Assembly (NCBI RefSeq): GCF_963921235.1
Contig: NC_086109.1
Location: forward strand, 17,734,001 to 17,798,000
DNA from: Mobula hypostoma
Lineage: Eukaryota
Length of the DNA: 64,000 nt
Direction: 5' to 3'
A program made the position numbers and the translations under genes. A model generated the notes under the pieces. The model saw nothing but the letters and a program-made list of their open reading frames with translations. It ran no database searches and was not told the origin of the DNA. Shown here in pieces: positions 41,801 through 53,763 of the stretch (its first letter is position 1; every line of letters starts with the position of its first letter).

Positions 41801-44800
41801 AACTAAAGTGCTAACCAACTGTTGCTGCAAAACCAGAACAATTACCTTGCCACCCACCTCTACATGGAAGGTTTATTTAAATGAGAAAAAAAACTCTTTT
41901 GGACTGTTGTCTCCAGTAGTCTGTCAAAGGATCAAAACTTTAAAATTGAACATAGCTTGAAGTTTACCATTTAGCCCTCAGAGCCTTTCTCCAGGGCCAA
42001 AAAATCCTTCCCGAGCTGTAGAACTATTCAATTTTACAGCTGTAGTCTAACCAAAGATTTCTTTAGCTGGAACATGAGGTACTCAGTCCTCTAGATAAAG
42101 GCTGGCATTTCAATTGAAATGGCATTGTCCACAAGTCCCTACAAAAGACTGCAAGGAGTACTGAGAAGATCATAGGACTCTCTCTTCCACCCATTAGAGA
42201 TATTTTTCAGGAACATTGCATACACAAGGCCCTCAGCATTCAGTGATTCTTCCCATCTGTCCAACAATCTTTTTGACTCCATATCATCAGGTAGGAGGTA
42301 CTGTAGCATGAGGACAAGAAATGTTAGAATGGGAAACAGCTTCTTCCCCCAGGCCACAAGACTATTGAACTCCCTGCCACCACCCAGATCTCCATGTATG
42401 AAACACCAGTAGTGTTATACTTTTCATGTTTTAACTTGTATTTGGCCCCTTATTATTTGTGGTAATATTACTTTATGTGTTATGTGAGTTATATGTACTG
42501 TGCTGAGCACCTTAGTACAGAGGAACATTGTCTTGTCTTATTTGGAGGTATACATGTATATGGTTGAATGACAAACTCGAACATTTTTAAATCCTCATTT
42601 GTTATATCAGTTTCTTCTCATGAAGTACACACATCTTCAGGTTCTTTAGGCCTCCACTACTCTCAGCATGAAGATTTAGATAGTGCTTTTTTCTTGATCC
42701 GAGGTGAATCATTGCAAAGTTACTCACACCAAAATAAGTTTGTCAAATATACTCAACATTTCTGTAAAATATTTTCCCATTCCAATTCTGGTGAGTAACC
42801 GGAAATGAAATGTCACAATCTGAAGTATTTTATAAAATACAAGTTGAGATCCAATCCCCCAAAAAAAAATTCTTGCAGGGCATGATACAAGTTTGACAGG
42901 TCAATTATCACCATCACCTGTTACTTCCTTGCTGATTTCCTGACCAATAACATGCTCAATTCCACAATGAGTCTCTTCAAGTGGGCTTTATCACATCAAG
43001 AATTCCATAATCAATATCCACAGACATCCCACTAATCTGCATTTAACATCCCTTCAAAGAAAAATCAAAACAATTGTTTCTTAGACATGACCTTTTTACA
43101 ATGATTGCAGATTCTCTCTGATCAACTGGAAAATTTAACGATATGTTAATTATACACACGAGTAACTTCCCTGTTAGCTTAACTAGTCTATGATTTCCCC
43201 AATGTTCCTCTCTCACCTCTCTTAATTAGGATAATTGCACAAACTCCCTATCAAAAGGAACCATTAAATTAAGAGAACTTAGGACATGTACAACGCCCCT
43301 GCCAACAAGAGAGCCAAAACCATATGGCACTGCGTGCTTGCTACTCATTACTGTCATTATATTACTCAATATTGTTATGTTAAGTTTGCTTCACCCAAGG
43401 AAACTTCTTCACTGATGAAAAGTAATCATTCAATATAATTTTGATATCAAAAAAGAGTACAACATTGCTATTAATACAGAATGATATTGTACAGAAACAG
43501 GTCCTTCAGCCATTCATGTCTACATTGACAATGTTGCCATTTACACATGATCTGTATCCCTCTACCCCTTGTTTGTATATATGTATAGATGCCTCTTAAT
43601 CATTGCTATCGTATCTTTTTCTACTACCCTAACACCTCCCAGGCATTTGCCACTATAATTAGACCTCCCTGCCGCCTTAAATCTACACCCTTTAGCACTT
43701 GACATAGCCATATGAAAAAAAAAACTTCTAACCTATCAATGTCTCTCAATTTTATAAACTTCTATCAGGTTGCTCTCCAGTCACAAACATGCCTGAGAAA
43801 ATGTGTTTGTCCAACTTTTCCTTATGGTTTACTCTCTAATCCAGTCAACATCACACAGTGATCTCTAGTGTAGCATTTTCAAAGCCTTCACATCTTTGCA
43901 GCAGTATGGCAATTACAACTGCACACGTTATTCCAAATGTGGCCCAACTAAAGCTCCTACACCATCTGCAAGGAGTTAATATGTTCTTGCTATGTCCACT
44001 TTATGAACAGATTAAAAGATTAAATATTGTGTTCAGTCACAAAGCTTATGGGGTAACTTATGAAATAGGTGTTAGGATACCACTGACATGTGCAAGGGGG
44101 TAAACATTTGTTCATAGTAGGCAATGGTGTATACAAGTAGCACCAAGCCAAGCACATCATGGAGATATCCTTGGAATGTGGAAGAAACCATTTTTTTGTC
44201 CTAATAGCTTCTTATCCAGTTTCTTTCCTGAAGAATTCAACTGCAATGAAGATGAATTTTGAAACACCATACAAGCTAAGCACTGCATAAAAGTGAAAAA
44301 CCTGCTTTATTTAATTCAAAGTGAAAATAATGGCATGTCACATTGCACAATGTTTGAATCAGGTCAAAAGCAAATGCCTGAAGTTATTCTGCTGCATTGG
44401 AATGTGAAATGGGTTTGGATTCAGCCTTACCACCAAATGCTGTTCAGGAGAAAAACTTAAAGGCAAAACTGCCTGTAATTGAGAATTTTTTTTTTTAAAT
44501 ACAATGAACACAATATACTCTAGTTTCATTCCAAGGCTACAGACAAGATTCAATGGATGCCCAGAATTCTAAACCTTGCTTATTGCCCTAGTTCTCAAGT
44601 ACAGTTGTGGTATTTGCTATGGTCTTATTCCAAACTAGGAATAGAATAATGAAAACTGGAAAGAGCTGTGCAACAAGTTGGACAGGATAAAAAGGAAGAA
44701 AGCAAAGGTGAGGCAGAACATGTCAGGAGGGGGAAATCCATTACTTACAGGGTGAGCACAATCAGAAAAAATTTATGCACTTGTTACTGAGTTAATGCAG

Positions 44801-47408
44801 AGACTATTTAGACATTCTATTTAGACATTCCTCACCATCATAAAAACATCGAAATCTACAGCACATTACAGACCCTTCAGCCCACAATGTTGTGCCAACC
44901 ATGTAACCTACTCTAGAAACTGCCTAGAATTTCTCTACTGCATAGCCCTCAATTTTTCTAAGCTCCATGCACCTGTCTGCTAAAAGACCCTCTTTTATCT
45001 GCCTCTACCACCTTCACTTGCAGTGCATTCCACGCATCCACCACTGAGTGAAAAACTTACCCCTGTAAAACTTACCAGCTTGTACCCATTTCCAAGCACC
45101 TTAAAACTATGCCCCCTTGTGTTAGCTTTTTCAGCTCTGGGAAAAAGCCTCTGGCTATCCACACGATCAATGCCTCTCATCATCTTATACACCTCTATCA
45201 GGACACCCCTCATCTTTCATCACTCCAAGGAAAAAAGGCCAAGTTCACTCAACCTATATTCACAAGGCATGCTCTCCAATCCAGGCAACATCCTTGTAAA
45301 CCTCCTCTGCACTCTCTCTATAGTATCCACATCCTTCCTGTAGTCAGGTGACCAGAATGGAATACAGTACTCCAAGTGGGGTCTATCTAAAGTCTTATAT
45401 AGCAGCAACATTCTTGAACTCATCCCACGGTTGATGAGGGCCAACACACCATATACCTTCTTAACAACACTGTCAACCTGCGCAGCATCTTTGAATGTCC
45501 TATGGACATGGAGCCCAAGATCTTGCTGATCCTCCACACACCCAAGAGTCTTACCATTAATATTATATTCTGTCTTCAAATTTGACCTACTGAAATGAAC
45601 CACTTCACACTTATCTGGGTTGAACTCCATATGCCACTTCTCAGCCCAGTTCTGCATTCTATCAATGTTGTGCTGTAACCTCTGACAATCCTAATAATTT
45701 AGTAGTATACGTACCATGTCATATGATACAGGCGATGCAAGTTTTCAAAGTACATTTATTATCAAAGACCGTATGAATTATACAACCTTGAGATTTGTTT
45801 GCTTCTAGGCAGTCACAAAGCAAGAAACTCAAAAGAGCCCAGTTAAAAAAAAGACCAACCCCCAACATGCACAAAGAAGGGGGGGGGGGGGGAATAAATC
45901 ATGCAAAGTAAGCAGCAACAACAGCAGCATTCTGAATCATATTGAGTCCTTAAATCCAAATCCCCAGAGTGGGCCCAAAGCCTCACTGTTCAGTTCATCA
46001 TATTAGCAGAGCAAATCACCGCAAAGACGATTATGTTTATTCATTTCCATAGATACTACCCGACTTGCTCAGCTCCTTCTAAATTTTGTTTGTTGCAATG
46101 GATAGGAATTGGTTTGAAGTATCCTAATGTCATAATACAAATTAGAGAAATGGGTACTAATTTACTGGGCCAGTAATCTGGAAAGATTTATTTAACTCCC
46201 AAGAAGGAAGCTGGAAATTTGAATTCAAGAAATAAAATAAATCTGCAAAAACAAAGTATTGTTGCATCAATAAAGCTGATTAAAAACTAGATCATAAAAA
46301 CTTCATTAATGCCAAACATAATTCTGGAAGAACTACCAGTGAAACTCTAGGTCTAATCTCCACACTATTCATAATTTATCTCGAACACAGAACTACAAAA
46401 TATAAGAGGCTTGACAGCCAAGTACATTGCTAACTGTACTTGATTAACTGTAGTTTCTGACAAATTACTGTACATACTCTAATTAATAGCTTTTGGTGAG
46501 CTAGGAAGTTTGTAGTCTGCTGAGGGCTAGATCTATGGCATTCAAGTCTGGTGTACAAGAAAACCAGTAACGACTTATGAAGGGCTATCACAAGAGCGAT
46601 TTCCAATCCGTACAGATTGTGGTCTTTAACATCTCTACCTCACCGACAATCAATGCTGGTGCACCTCAGGGATGTGTGCTTAGCCCACTGCTTTACTCTC
46701 TCTACAACTATGACTGTGGCCTCGCACAGCTTAAATGCCATCTATAAATTTGCTGGCAACACAGTGTTACTGGCAGAATTTCAGATGGTGATGAGAAGGT
46801 GTACAGGAGCGAGACACACCAGTCAGTTGAGTAGTGTCGCAGCACTCAATGTTAATAAAACCAAAGGAATGACTGTGGATTTCAGAAGGAGCAAGACAAG
46901 AGAACACACACACCAGTTCTCAGAGCGATCAGAGGTGGAAAGAATGAGCAATTTCAATAGGTGTATCAATATTTCTGAGGATCTAACCTGGTCCCAACAT
47001 ATCAATCCAGTTATAAAAGCAGGGTTAATTCACAACGGCTGTAATTCATTAGGAGTTTGAGGAGATTTGGTATGTCATCTAAAACACTTGCCAATTTCTA
47101 CAGATGTACAGTGGAGAGCATTCTAACTGGCTAGATCATTGCTTGGTATGGGAGGGGAGGGGCTACTGCACAGGATTGAAATAAACTGCAGAGAATTGTA
47201 AACTTAGCTCCATTGTGGGCACTAGCCTCCGTAGTATCCAGGACCCCCCATCCCATCACCCAGTACATGCCGTTCTCATTTTTACTACAGGAATGAGGTA
47301 CAGAAGCCTGAAGGTACACACTCAACAATTCAGCAACAGCTTCTTCCCCTCTGTCATTCCGATTTTTGCAATGGACAGTGAACCCATGAACATTACTTTA
47401 CTACTTTT

Positions 47409-47469
<61 letters not shown>

Positions 47470-50400
47470 TACACAGTAATTCATTTCTCCTCCCATTATA
47501 TATTGCATTGTAATGCTGCCGCAAAACAACAAATTTCATGACATATGCCAGTGATATTAAACCAGACTCTGATTTTGATTCAGCTGTACAGGTTCACAAT
47601 CCCTAACTCAAAATTCTGAAATCCAAAAAGCTCCGAAAACCGAAGTCTTGTTCACCAACAGCTGACGTCACTCAGGTGTGACATGGCAGCACTAGCAGAA
47701 GCTGCCAGATGTCAGTTGTAGCTCAGCGCTCATACTGGTTATGCACTGGTTACAAGTGCATTTGCTATTCGCTGATATTTTGTGTTCACTGTTGACTGTG
47801 TTTAATTTCACTGTGAAAATGTCAAAAAGAGCTGCAGATACCCCTATGGGTAACAATGAGAAAAAAAAGAGGAGGAAGCATCTATCATTATCAATAATGC
47901 AGAAAGTGGATCTATTGGTGTGTCTGTGCGGCATCTTACTGAAGAATATGGTGTCGGAACTACCACTGTATATGATTTAAAGAAACAGAAAGACAAGTTA
48001 CTGAAATTTTATAGTGACAGTGACATTCTACATTTATTCCAATAAATAATTTATCATGTGTTTGATTCGGTTCGTTTGAAGCTGCATATTTTTATGTTTC
48101 ATTGAATGTTTTTTTTCTTGTCATTATTCCCTAAACAATACAGTCTAACTATTTACATAGCATTTACATTGTATTAGGTATTATAAGTAATCTAGAGATG
48201 ATTTAAAGTATACGGGAGGATATGCATAGGTCCAGAGCTCCGCTGGGTCCTAAAGTCCACCGCACTGACAAAGGTTAAATAAGGGACTTGAGCATACATG
48301 TTTTTTGGTACCCGAAGGGGTCCCGGAACCAATAAGGAGGGATTCTGAAATCCGGAAAATCCTTAATTCCAAAATGCAACTGGCCCCAAGGATTTCGTAT
48401 AAGAGATTGTGGGCCTGTATTGTTTTCAGCACTGATCACTATAATAATTATGACTGGAAATACAGACTTCTTTGCTCAGCCTCCCAACCCATAGCCCAAA
48501 GACAAAGGCAAAGTTAATAATTTAACTAATAACTTGTTCTTATACTATTAAAATAATCGCTTATTTCAGCAATATGTTGGGATGCCAATGAAGCTTCTGT
48601 AACTGTAACAACTTAATGTGCATTTTGTTATTCTTTTCTCTTATATTACCTCAAATGCACTGTTGTAATGAAGTGATCTACGTGAATGGCATGCAAGCAG
48701 CTTTTCACTGTACTTTGGAATATGTGACAATTAAACAACCAAGTTAAATCACATCATGCTACAAACAAAACAGGGAGCTAGCAGGATCAGAATTGCACAA
48801 TTACTAAGAATATTGCCATCAAGAATATTCAGCCAGATCACCCAGCTGAACCAGATAATTTCTATAAACAGAAGTTCCTATTCTTTCTTCTCCATTTACT
48901 GTATGGTAAAATACTGTTACTTGCACTGGGTTTCTCAAGCAATCAGCATTCATCTTGGGAATTTTAGGGTTTTTTTTGTGAATTAGTAAACCACAGCCAA
49001 ATCAAATTCTGTTTTAAATACAAACTACATATTTGCATGCCCTTTAGCAATCATTTAGTAAATCAGGAATTGTAAACAATTATGATGCTATCAACTAATT
49101 CATTGCAAACTAGAGTTTGAACCCAAGATCTTCCTTGAGTATAGATTTGGAAAAATAAAATCATTAATTCACATTTCTAACACAATTAAAAAAAAAATGA
49201 AAGCCAAAATAATCAACCCTTCTATTGATATTTTGTTTTGGAAATGGTGAACTGTGCATTAGATTAATGGAATTCCCCTGATAGTACAGATGGTGATCAC
49301 ACCCTGTAGCAAATAACAGAAAATCTACAGGGCTGTAAATCCACGAAACACACACAAAATACTGGAGGATCTCAGCAGGCCAGGCTCTCGACCCGAAACT
49401 TTGCATGTACTCTTTTGCATAGATGCTGCCCGGCCTGCTGAGTTCCTCCAGTATTTTGTGTGTGTTGTAACAGTAAGGAACAGTTTGAATTCCCAATTTA
49501 CTATATTCCAATTAGCCAGTGTTTCCAGCATAATTACAAAAGGTCAAAAGAAGCCAAAATGTGAAAACAGAAGTGAGATTGAAATGAGAAAATTTAAGAA
49601 ACAAATCTTTTTAAAAAACTTGTACATAAACTTATCTTTACTATAAAGCTAACTTCAAATATAACATTGAGCTAATCCATCCATACCTAGCACTCGAAAT
49701 TAATACAAATACAGTAAACAGGAACAAGGCTATTCATCAAAATTCACCCATCCTGAAAGATATGAAAGAACTGTATTTCAGTACTGTATTATTTCTTTAA
49801 AAAGTCATGCCCAGCATACCCTTCTGGGGTTGTGTATTTCACATGCTCATTGTTCTTTTGTAAGATATTCCTTACACAAGCAAATAAACGTACCTAAACC
49901 TAGAAACATGTTTTGAATTCTGAAATAGAGAGAAAGGACAATGAATTAAAGGTTAGCATTGGGACATTCTCAAACGGGAATAGATCGACAGATTCTGATC
50001 AGCTGTAATGCTTAAAAGGAAGTGGGCAGCAGCTGCAATTAAGGCACTTTGATAATGGTGAATATGACAAAAGGCAAATGGAAACCAGAGGGGCTAGATT
50101 GCAAAAGTGGACCCAAGCGATAAACATGGAGGCCATTTAGTATAAATCAGCTTCAAAATCAGTCTAACATCATGAGTGTAATCACAAAATACTCTGCAGA
50201 TGCTGGGGTCAAAGCAACACACACAACACGCTGGAGAAACTCAACAGGTCGGGCTGCATCCATGGAAATAAACAGTTTTGTCCTGACGAAGGGTCCTGGC
50301 CCGAAACGTTGACGGTTCGTTTCCACGGATGCTGCCCGACCTGCTGAGTTCCTCTAACATCATGAGTGAACTGGCTGGTCTAGTGCTATTTTTCCCAGCG

Positions 50401-53400
50401 TTCAATGTACGCAAGTTGTTTGTAAAGTCCTCTCCAATAAACACATCTACACAGAGCACTGTCACACATCGATCTAAGACCCCCATGAGCCGGGCCATAT
50501 TCTCTTCTCACTGCTGCATCAAGGGGCAGGAGCCTTAAGAACCACACCATCAGGTTTAAAAACAGTTATTCCCTCACAACCACCAGGCTCATGAACCAGT
50601 GGGAGTAACATAGGTTGTGAACAGTGCCCACAACCGATGTTTTCACTTTTAAGGACTCATCATCTCATATTCTCAATATTTATCCTTATTTGTTAATTAT
50701 TTCTTTTATTTCCTTTGAATTTCTGTAGTTTGCTCTCCTTTGCATATTGGTTGTTTGTCCATCCTGTTGGGTGCAGTCTTTCAATGATTCTATTGTGTTT
50801 CTTGGATTTACTGTGTATGCTTGCAAGAAAATGAATCACAAGGTTGTATATGGTGACCAGTATGTATCTTAATAAATTTACTTTGAACTTTGAAAAGAGC
50901 AAATAGTCCACTTCAACTTTAATGACAGGCCTGAAATCAGTGTTGAGGAAGCGAAACTAATAGCACTGGCTGAAGTCATTTTAAATGAATCTTGCGCCAT
51001 ATAAATTTACCAAACTTCTGAGTGTTAACTTATTCTTCTGCTATCGTGATTAGATTTTCCAAGAAACGTGGCTAAAATCTAATCCACTGCATTTTTAAGA
51101 ATCCCTGCAATGCTACTTCTGATGTGACTTTGTGCATAGCAGGTCATGCCTATCAAGGAAGTTACCAAGAAGGCTGATGAAGGAAAGGAAGTGGATGTTG
51201 TCTACACGGACTTCAGCAAGGCTTTGACAAAGTCCCACATGGGAGGCTGGTCCGGAAGGCTAAGTTGCTTGCCATTCAGCACGAAGTAGTCGACTGGATT
51301 CAACATTAGCTTAACAGAAGCTAGAGTGGCAGTAGATAGATGTGGGTCTGTCAGGCCGCAGGGATTGGTGCTGGGTCCAATGTCGGTTATCATCTATATT
51401 AATGATCTAGATAATGTGGTAAAAATGGATCACTACTGATGATACCAAGATTGGGGCGTAGTGGACAGCAAGGAAGGCTATTGAATGATGCAGTGTGATT
51501 AGGACAAGCTGGGAAAATGGGTTGAAAAACAGCAGATGGAATTCAATGTAGACAATTGTGAGGTATTGCACTTGAGGACAAGCCAGGGCTACAGTCAATG
51601 GTAGGGCACGCAGTAGAATACCAGGGACCTGGGAATACAGATCCATAATTCCTTGAAAGTGGCATCACAGGTAGACATGGTTGTAATGAGAGCTTTTGGT
51701 ACATTTCCCTTCATAAATCAGAGCACTGCATACAGGAGTTGAGATGTTATATTGATGCTGTATAAAATGCAGGTGAGGCTGAATTTGGAGTACGGTGTGC
51801 ATTTCTGGGCAGCTACTTACAGGAAATACATCAATAAGCTTGAAAGAGTACAGGCAAAATTTACAAGGATGTTGCCAGGGCGTGAGGACCCGAGTTACCG
51901 TAGAACTTTATTTACTGGAGCGTAGGGGAAAGAGGGAGATTTTATAGAAGCATACAAAATTAGAAGGGTGAATGCATGCAGGCTTTTCCCCCCCCAAGTT
52001 GGGTGAGACTAATACTAAAGGTCATAGGTTAGGGTGCAAGGTGAAATATTTAAGGGGAAGCTGAGGGTGGTGAGTGTGGAATGAGCTGCCAGAGGACATG
52101 GTAGATGCAGGTTCAATTGCAACATTCAAGGAAAGTTTGTATAGGTAGGTAAATAAATCAGAGATGTTTGAAGGCTATGGTCTGGGTGCAGGTAGATGGG
52201 ATTAGGCAGAAGACCAGGCTGGCATGGACCAGATAGGTCATAGGGCCTGTTTCTATGCTGTAATGTTCTATGAGTCCATTCCAAAACCCCTCCTTCTGCC
52301 TATTCTCCACATCCAGACCCACCAAATCTGGATATGACATATAGCAAACCATGAGAGTTCTTTTTAAAGAAGCATAATCAGTGATTAAGGAACAGAACTT
52401 TGCAGGAATTGGGGTGTCATGTTGCAGTTATGCAAAACATTGTTTGAGGTGTTCTTGTTTGCAGTTCTGGCTCCCATGCTACAAGAATGTGGTGGCATTG
52501 CAAAGTGTAGTACAAATGGCATTAAAATTTTATGATTGCAGGTCACTGACCCAAAATATTAATTCTATTTCTCTGTTCAGAGATGCAGCCTGACAGAGCA
52601 TTTTTTCATTTTCAGTTCTGATTTCTTGCATCCAAAGTTATTTTTCAGTTTCCATTTGAAAGTTAATTATTGGGATACCACATTGTGGGTGTGGGGAGAG
52701 AAGGTTTTTTTTGCGGAAACAAAGGGGGGGGGGAGACAGAGACAGAGACACACTAGATGAAAATGTTTAAAGAAACCAAATCTTGGAAAAGTGATACAAA
52801 AACATAAAACGCTGGATACACTCGGCAAATCAGGCAAATAAGAAACTGAGATAACCTCAATTCAGATCTTTTCACAGGTGCTGCCTAGCCTGTTTCCAGC
52901 ATTTTTCGTTGTTATTAACCATCATGTTTGTTGGTTAATACGAAATACACAAGTTTGATCAAATAAGATCACATACCTTCAAAAATAAAAGCCACAAGAT
53001 TCGTCATCAGTGGTAGGGGTGTATATATATATATAGAAAGTAATACGATTAATTGCGGGAAACTGCCGATGTAATCACAACAGCAGGTTAAAAAAAATCT
53101 CCCTCTCTAATCTGCTTCGCGTAGTAACGGCCATTTTGTAGCTTTAATGTCAATGAAGCTTTGTCAGTTTAGGACACTCGACTAATGATTTCAAATATAC
53201 TGCGATGTTTCCCAACAAGTGTTCTCTTGCTTTGTATAAAAAATCTTACTTCGAAATAAACATTTATGAATGCATTTGTGCGGGGAATTTGAAAAGCCGG
53301 GTGACTGAATAGAAACCAAATTAAGCCAGTATTGAACTATACAAAGAACAGAAGATATACCGGGAACCAATACGCAAACAATATTTTACTGGATCAAAAA

Positions 53401-53763
53401 AATGCACACAACTATTAGCAAATGCAACCATAATCTAGAAGAAAAAAAAATCAACCTCATAATCCAACTGAAAAATACTGTCAACTATCGCCACATTCAA
53501 ATACGGAAACATACAGACACCGATTTCCCTAAACTCACGGTGCTTTTAACTTCTGAAGAATCCTCCTCGTCGCTGGAAAAATCCGCCCTCAATTCTGACT
53601 TATTCTTAGAAGTAATGTGTTTTAAATAGAGCTGAACGTAAACCTCTTTCTTCTGCTCCCTTCGCGGTAAAGGTACGTTATGAGCAATTAATTCACTCTT
53701 CAGTCTGCCTTTAGTTAACTGATTCGGATCCCGATTTTCCCAAGTATCCGACATATTCAACAT
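26532..53763 (-). CDS. LEMD1: LEM-domain inner nuclear membrane protein of the thymopoietin/LAP2beta family (probable LEMD1); spliced CDS, 7 coding exons, 978 nt incl. stop, 325 aa from ATG 53763 (322 aa from ATG 53754)
   Basis: Exons 53539-53763, 41155-41275, 40091-40216, 33202-33237, 31549-31628, 27013-27071 and 26532-26862 join in frame through GT-AG introns (phases 0,1,1,1,0,2). The protein has a LEM-like domain, a LEM domain, the LAP2beta-type [22 protein letters not shown] motif and a C-terminal TM helix. The family call is firm. LEMD1 rather than TMPO is inferred from the divergent N-terminus and the short post-LEM linker. Confidence 0.88.
27013..27071 (-). CDS. LEMD1: Coding exon 6
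   Basis: Acceptor ttctttcatgcaaag|[22 protein letters not shown]+AG, similar to LAP2beta DILKEMFP..STPTGIS; donor GTAAGA; phase 0 to 2. Confidence 0.9.
27972..29646 (-). mobile_element. Decayed pogo-superfamily DNA transposon (POGK/Passer/Tc2-like) in intron 5
   Basis: TIRs CCGTAAATTACGGTGTATAAGCCGA / TCAGCTTATACACCAGAATTTACAG with TA flanks; fragments [24 protein letters not shown] and [21 protein letters not shown], broken by stops and frameshifts. Confidence 0.9.
31549..31628 (-). CDS. LEMD1: Putative coding exon 5
   Basis: Acceptor tatctatctttag| and donor AAG|GTAATT; 80 nt, (G)[26 protein letters not shown]. It supplies the phase 1 to 0 change needed to join exon 3/4 to exon 6. Confidence 0.72.
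31749..32012 (-). mobile_element. Short Rex1/Babar-like LINE 3' end with target duplication
   Basis: [11 protein letters not shown] remnant; direct repeat TCTGAATTT at 31740-31748 and 32013-32021. Confidence 0.7.
33202..33237 (-). CDS. LEMD1: Putative coding exon 4 (36-nt symmetric mini-exon)
   Basis: Acceptor atttctattgcag| and consensus donor |GTAAGT; open in phase 1 to 1 as (D)[11 protein letters not shown]. No homology support; not in the ORF track. Confidence 0.6.
33474..34440 (-). mobile_element. Truncated Tc1-family transposon (3' part, IR/DR-type end)
   Basis: TA + CAGTTGCAAGAAAA.GTTTGTGAACCC with inner repeat GAAAAAGTATGTAAACCC (about 33662); remnants [40 protein letters not shown] and DLKRAVHA. 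Confidence 0.88.
37021..37508 (+). mobile_element. Tc1-derived non-autonomous element
   Basis: TA flanks; TIR CACTCAGTGGCCACTTTATTAG; same family as 9208-9761. Confidence 0.85.
37818..39468 (+). mobile_element. 5'-truncated CR1 LINE with frameshifts, in intron 3, antisense to the gene
   Basis: RT split over ORFs 37742-38074, 38201-38449, 38442-38942 and 38623-39378; very similar to the 2195-4201 protein; CTATGTTTCTAT tail. Confidence 0.96.
40091..40216 (-). CDS. LEMD1: Coding exon 3: second half of the LEM domain
   Basis: Acceptor ttttctatctccatgtag|GA; (G)[40 protein letters not shown]+G; donor GTAAAT; 126 nt, phase 1 to 1. Confidence 0.93.
41155..41275 (-). CDS. LEMD1: Coding exon 2: first half of the LEM domain
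   Basis: Acceptor ttttccttttaacaaag|[43 protein letters not shown]+G; donor GTAAGC; 121 nt, phase 0 to 1. Confidence 0.92.
42130..42580 (+). mobile_element. Decayed Rex1/Babar-like LINE 3' fragment
   Basis: [25 protein letters not shown] remnant plus 3'UTR. Confidence 0.65.
44840..45690 (-). mobile_element. Decayed CR1 3' fragment
   Basis: [19 protein letters not shown] and [26 protein letters not shown]. Confidence 0.9.
46615..47580 (+). mobile_element. Decayed Rex1/Babar-like LINE (RT C-terminal part) containing a (TA)n(CA)n microsatellite
   Basis: [31 protein letters not shown] and NSFFPSVI remnants; (TA)n at about 47412-47454. Confidence 0.8.
47589..48417 (+). mobile_element. Tigger (pogo) non-autonomous element, Tigger4/Zombi-like, with an internal MER2-like segment
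   Basis: TA flanks; TIRs CAGGTTCACAATCCCT / AGAGATTGTGGGCCTG; transposase start [30 protein letters not shown]. The subfamily names are recalled from mammalian consensus sequences, not searched. Confidence 0.8.
49321..49467. repeat. Fold-back Penelope-derived repeat
   Basis: ACACACACAAAATACTGGAGGATCTCAGCAGGCC pairs with GGCCTGCTGAGTTCCTCCAGTATTTTGTGTGTGT. Confidence 0.75.
50179..50352 (+). mobile_element. Short fold-back Penelope-derived insertion with 16-bp target duplication
   Basis: TCTAACATCATGAGTG at 50163-50178 and 50353-50368; inverted arms at about 50234-50268 and 50320-50354. Confidence 0.8.
50278..50315 (+). ncRNA. Minimal type I hammerhead ribozyme motif
   Basis: GTC-CTGACGA-A-GGGT(CCTG)GCCC-GAAA-CG-TT-GAC: intact CUGANGA/GAAA core, stem II, palindromic ACGU in place of stem III, and stem I GUC/GAC. 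Confidence 0.7.
50440..50892 (+). mobile_element. Rex1/Babar-like LINE 3' fragment
   Basis: [27 protein letters not shown] remnant; tail AATAAATTTACTTTGAACTTTGA. Confidence 0.65.
51140..52272 (+). mobile_element. Decayed CR1 fragment
   Basis: [21 protein letters not shown] and DDTKIG remnants plus the 3' tail. Confidence 0.85.
53539..53763 (-). CDS. LEMD1: Coding exon 1: LEM-like (thymopoietin) domain
   Basis: [75 protein letters not shown] resembles the TMPO N-terminus (LTK..LKSEL.A.NV.LP..EQ.K.VYVQLYL.H, DFSSDEE). Donor GTGAGT at 53538-53533, phase 0. The start is ATG 53763 or 53754; the ORF-track start at 53772 is TTG. Confidence 0.92.

Noticed and set aside
45879..45892. Poly-G runs (also near 17635, 21235, 52723 and 54915)
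   Set aside because: Simple homopolymers, mostly within TE debris; no evidence of function.
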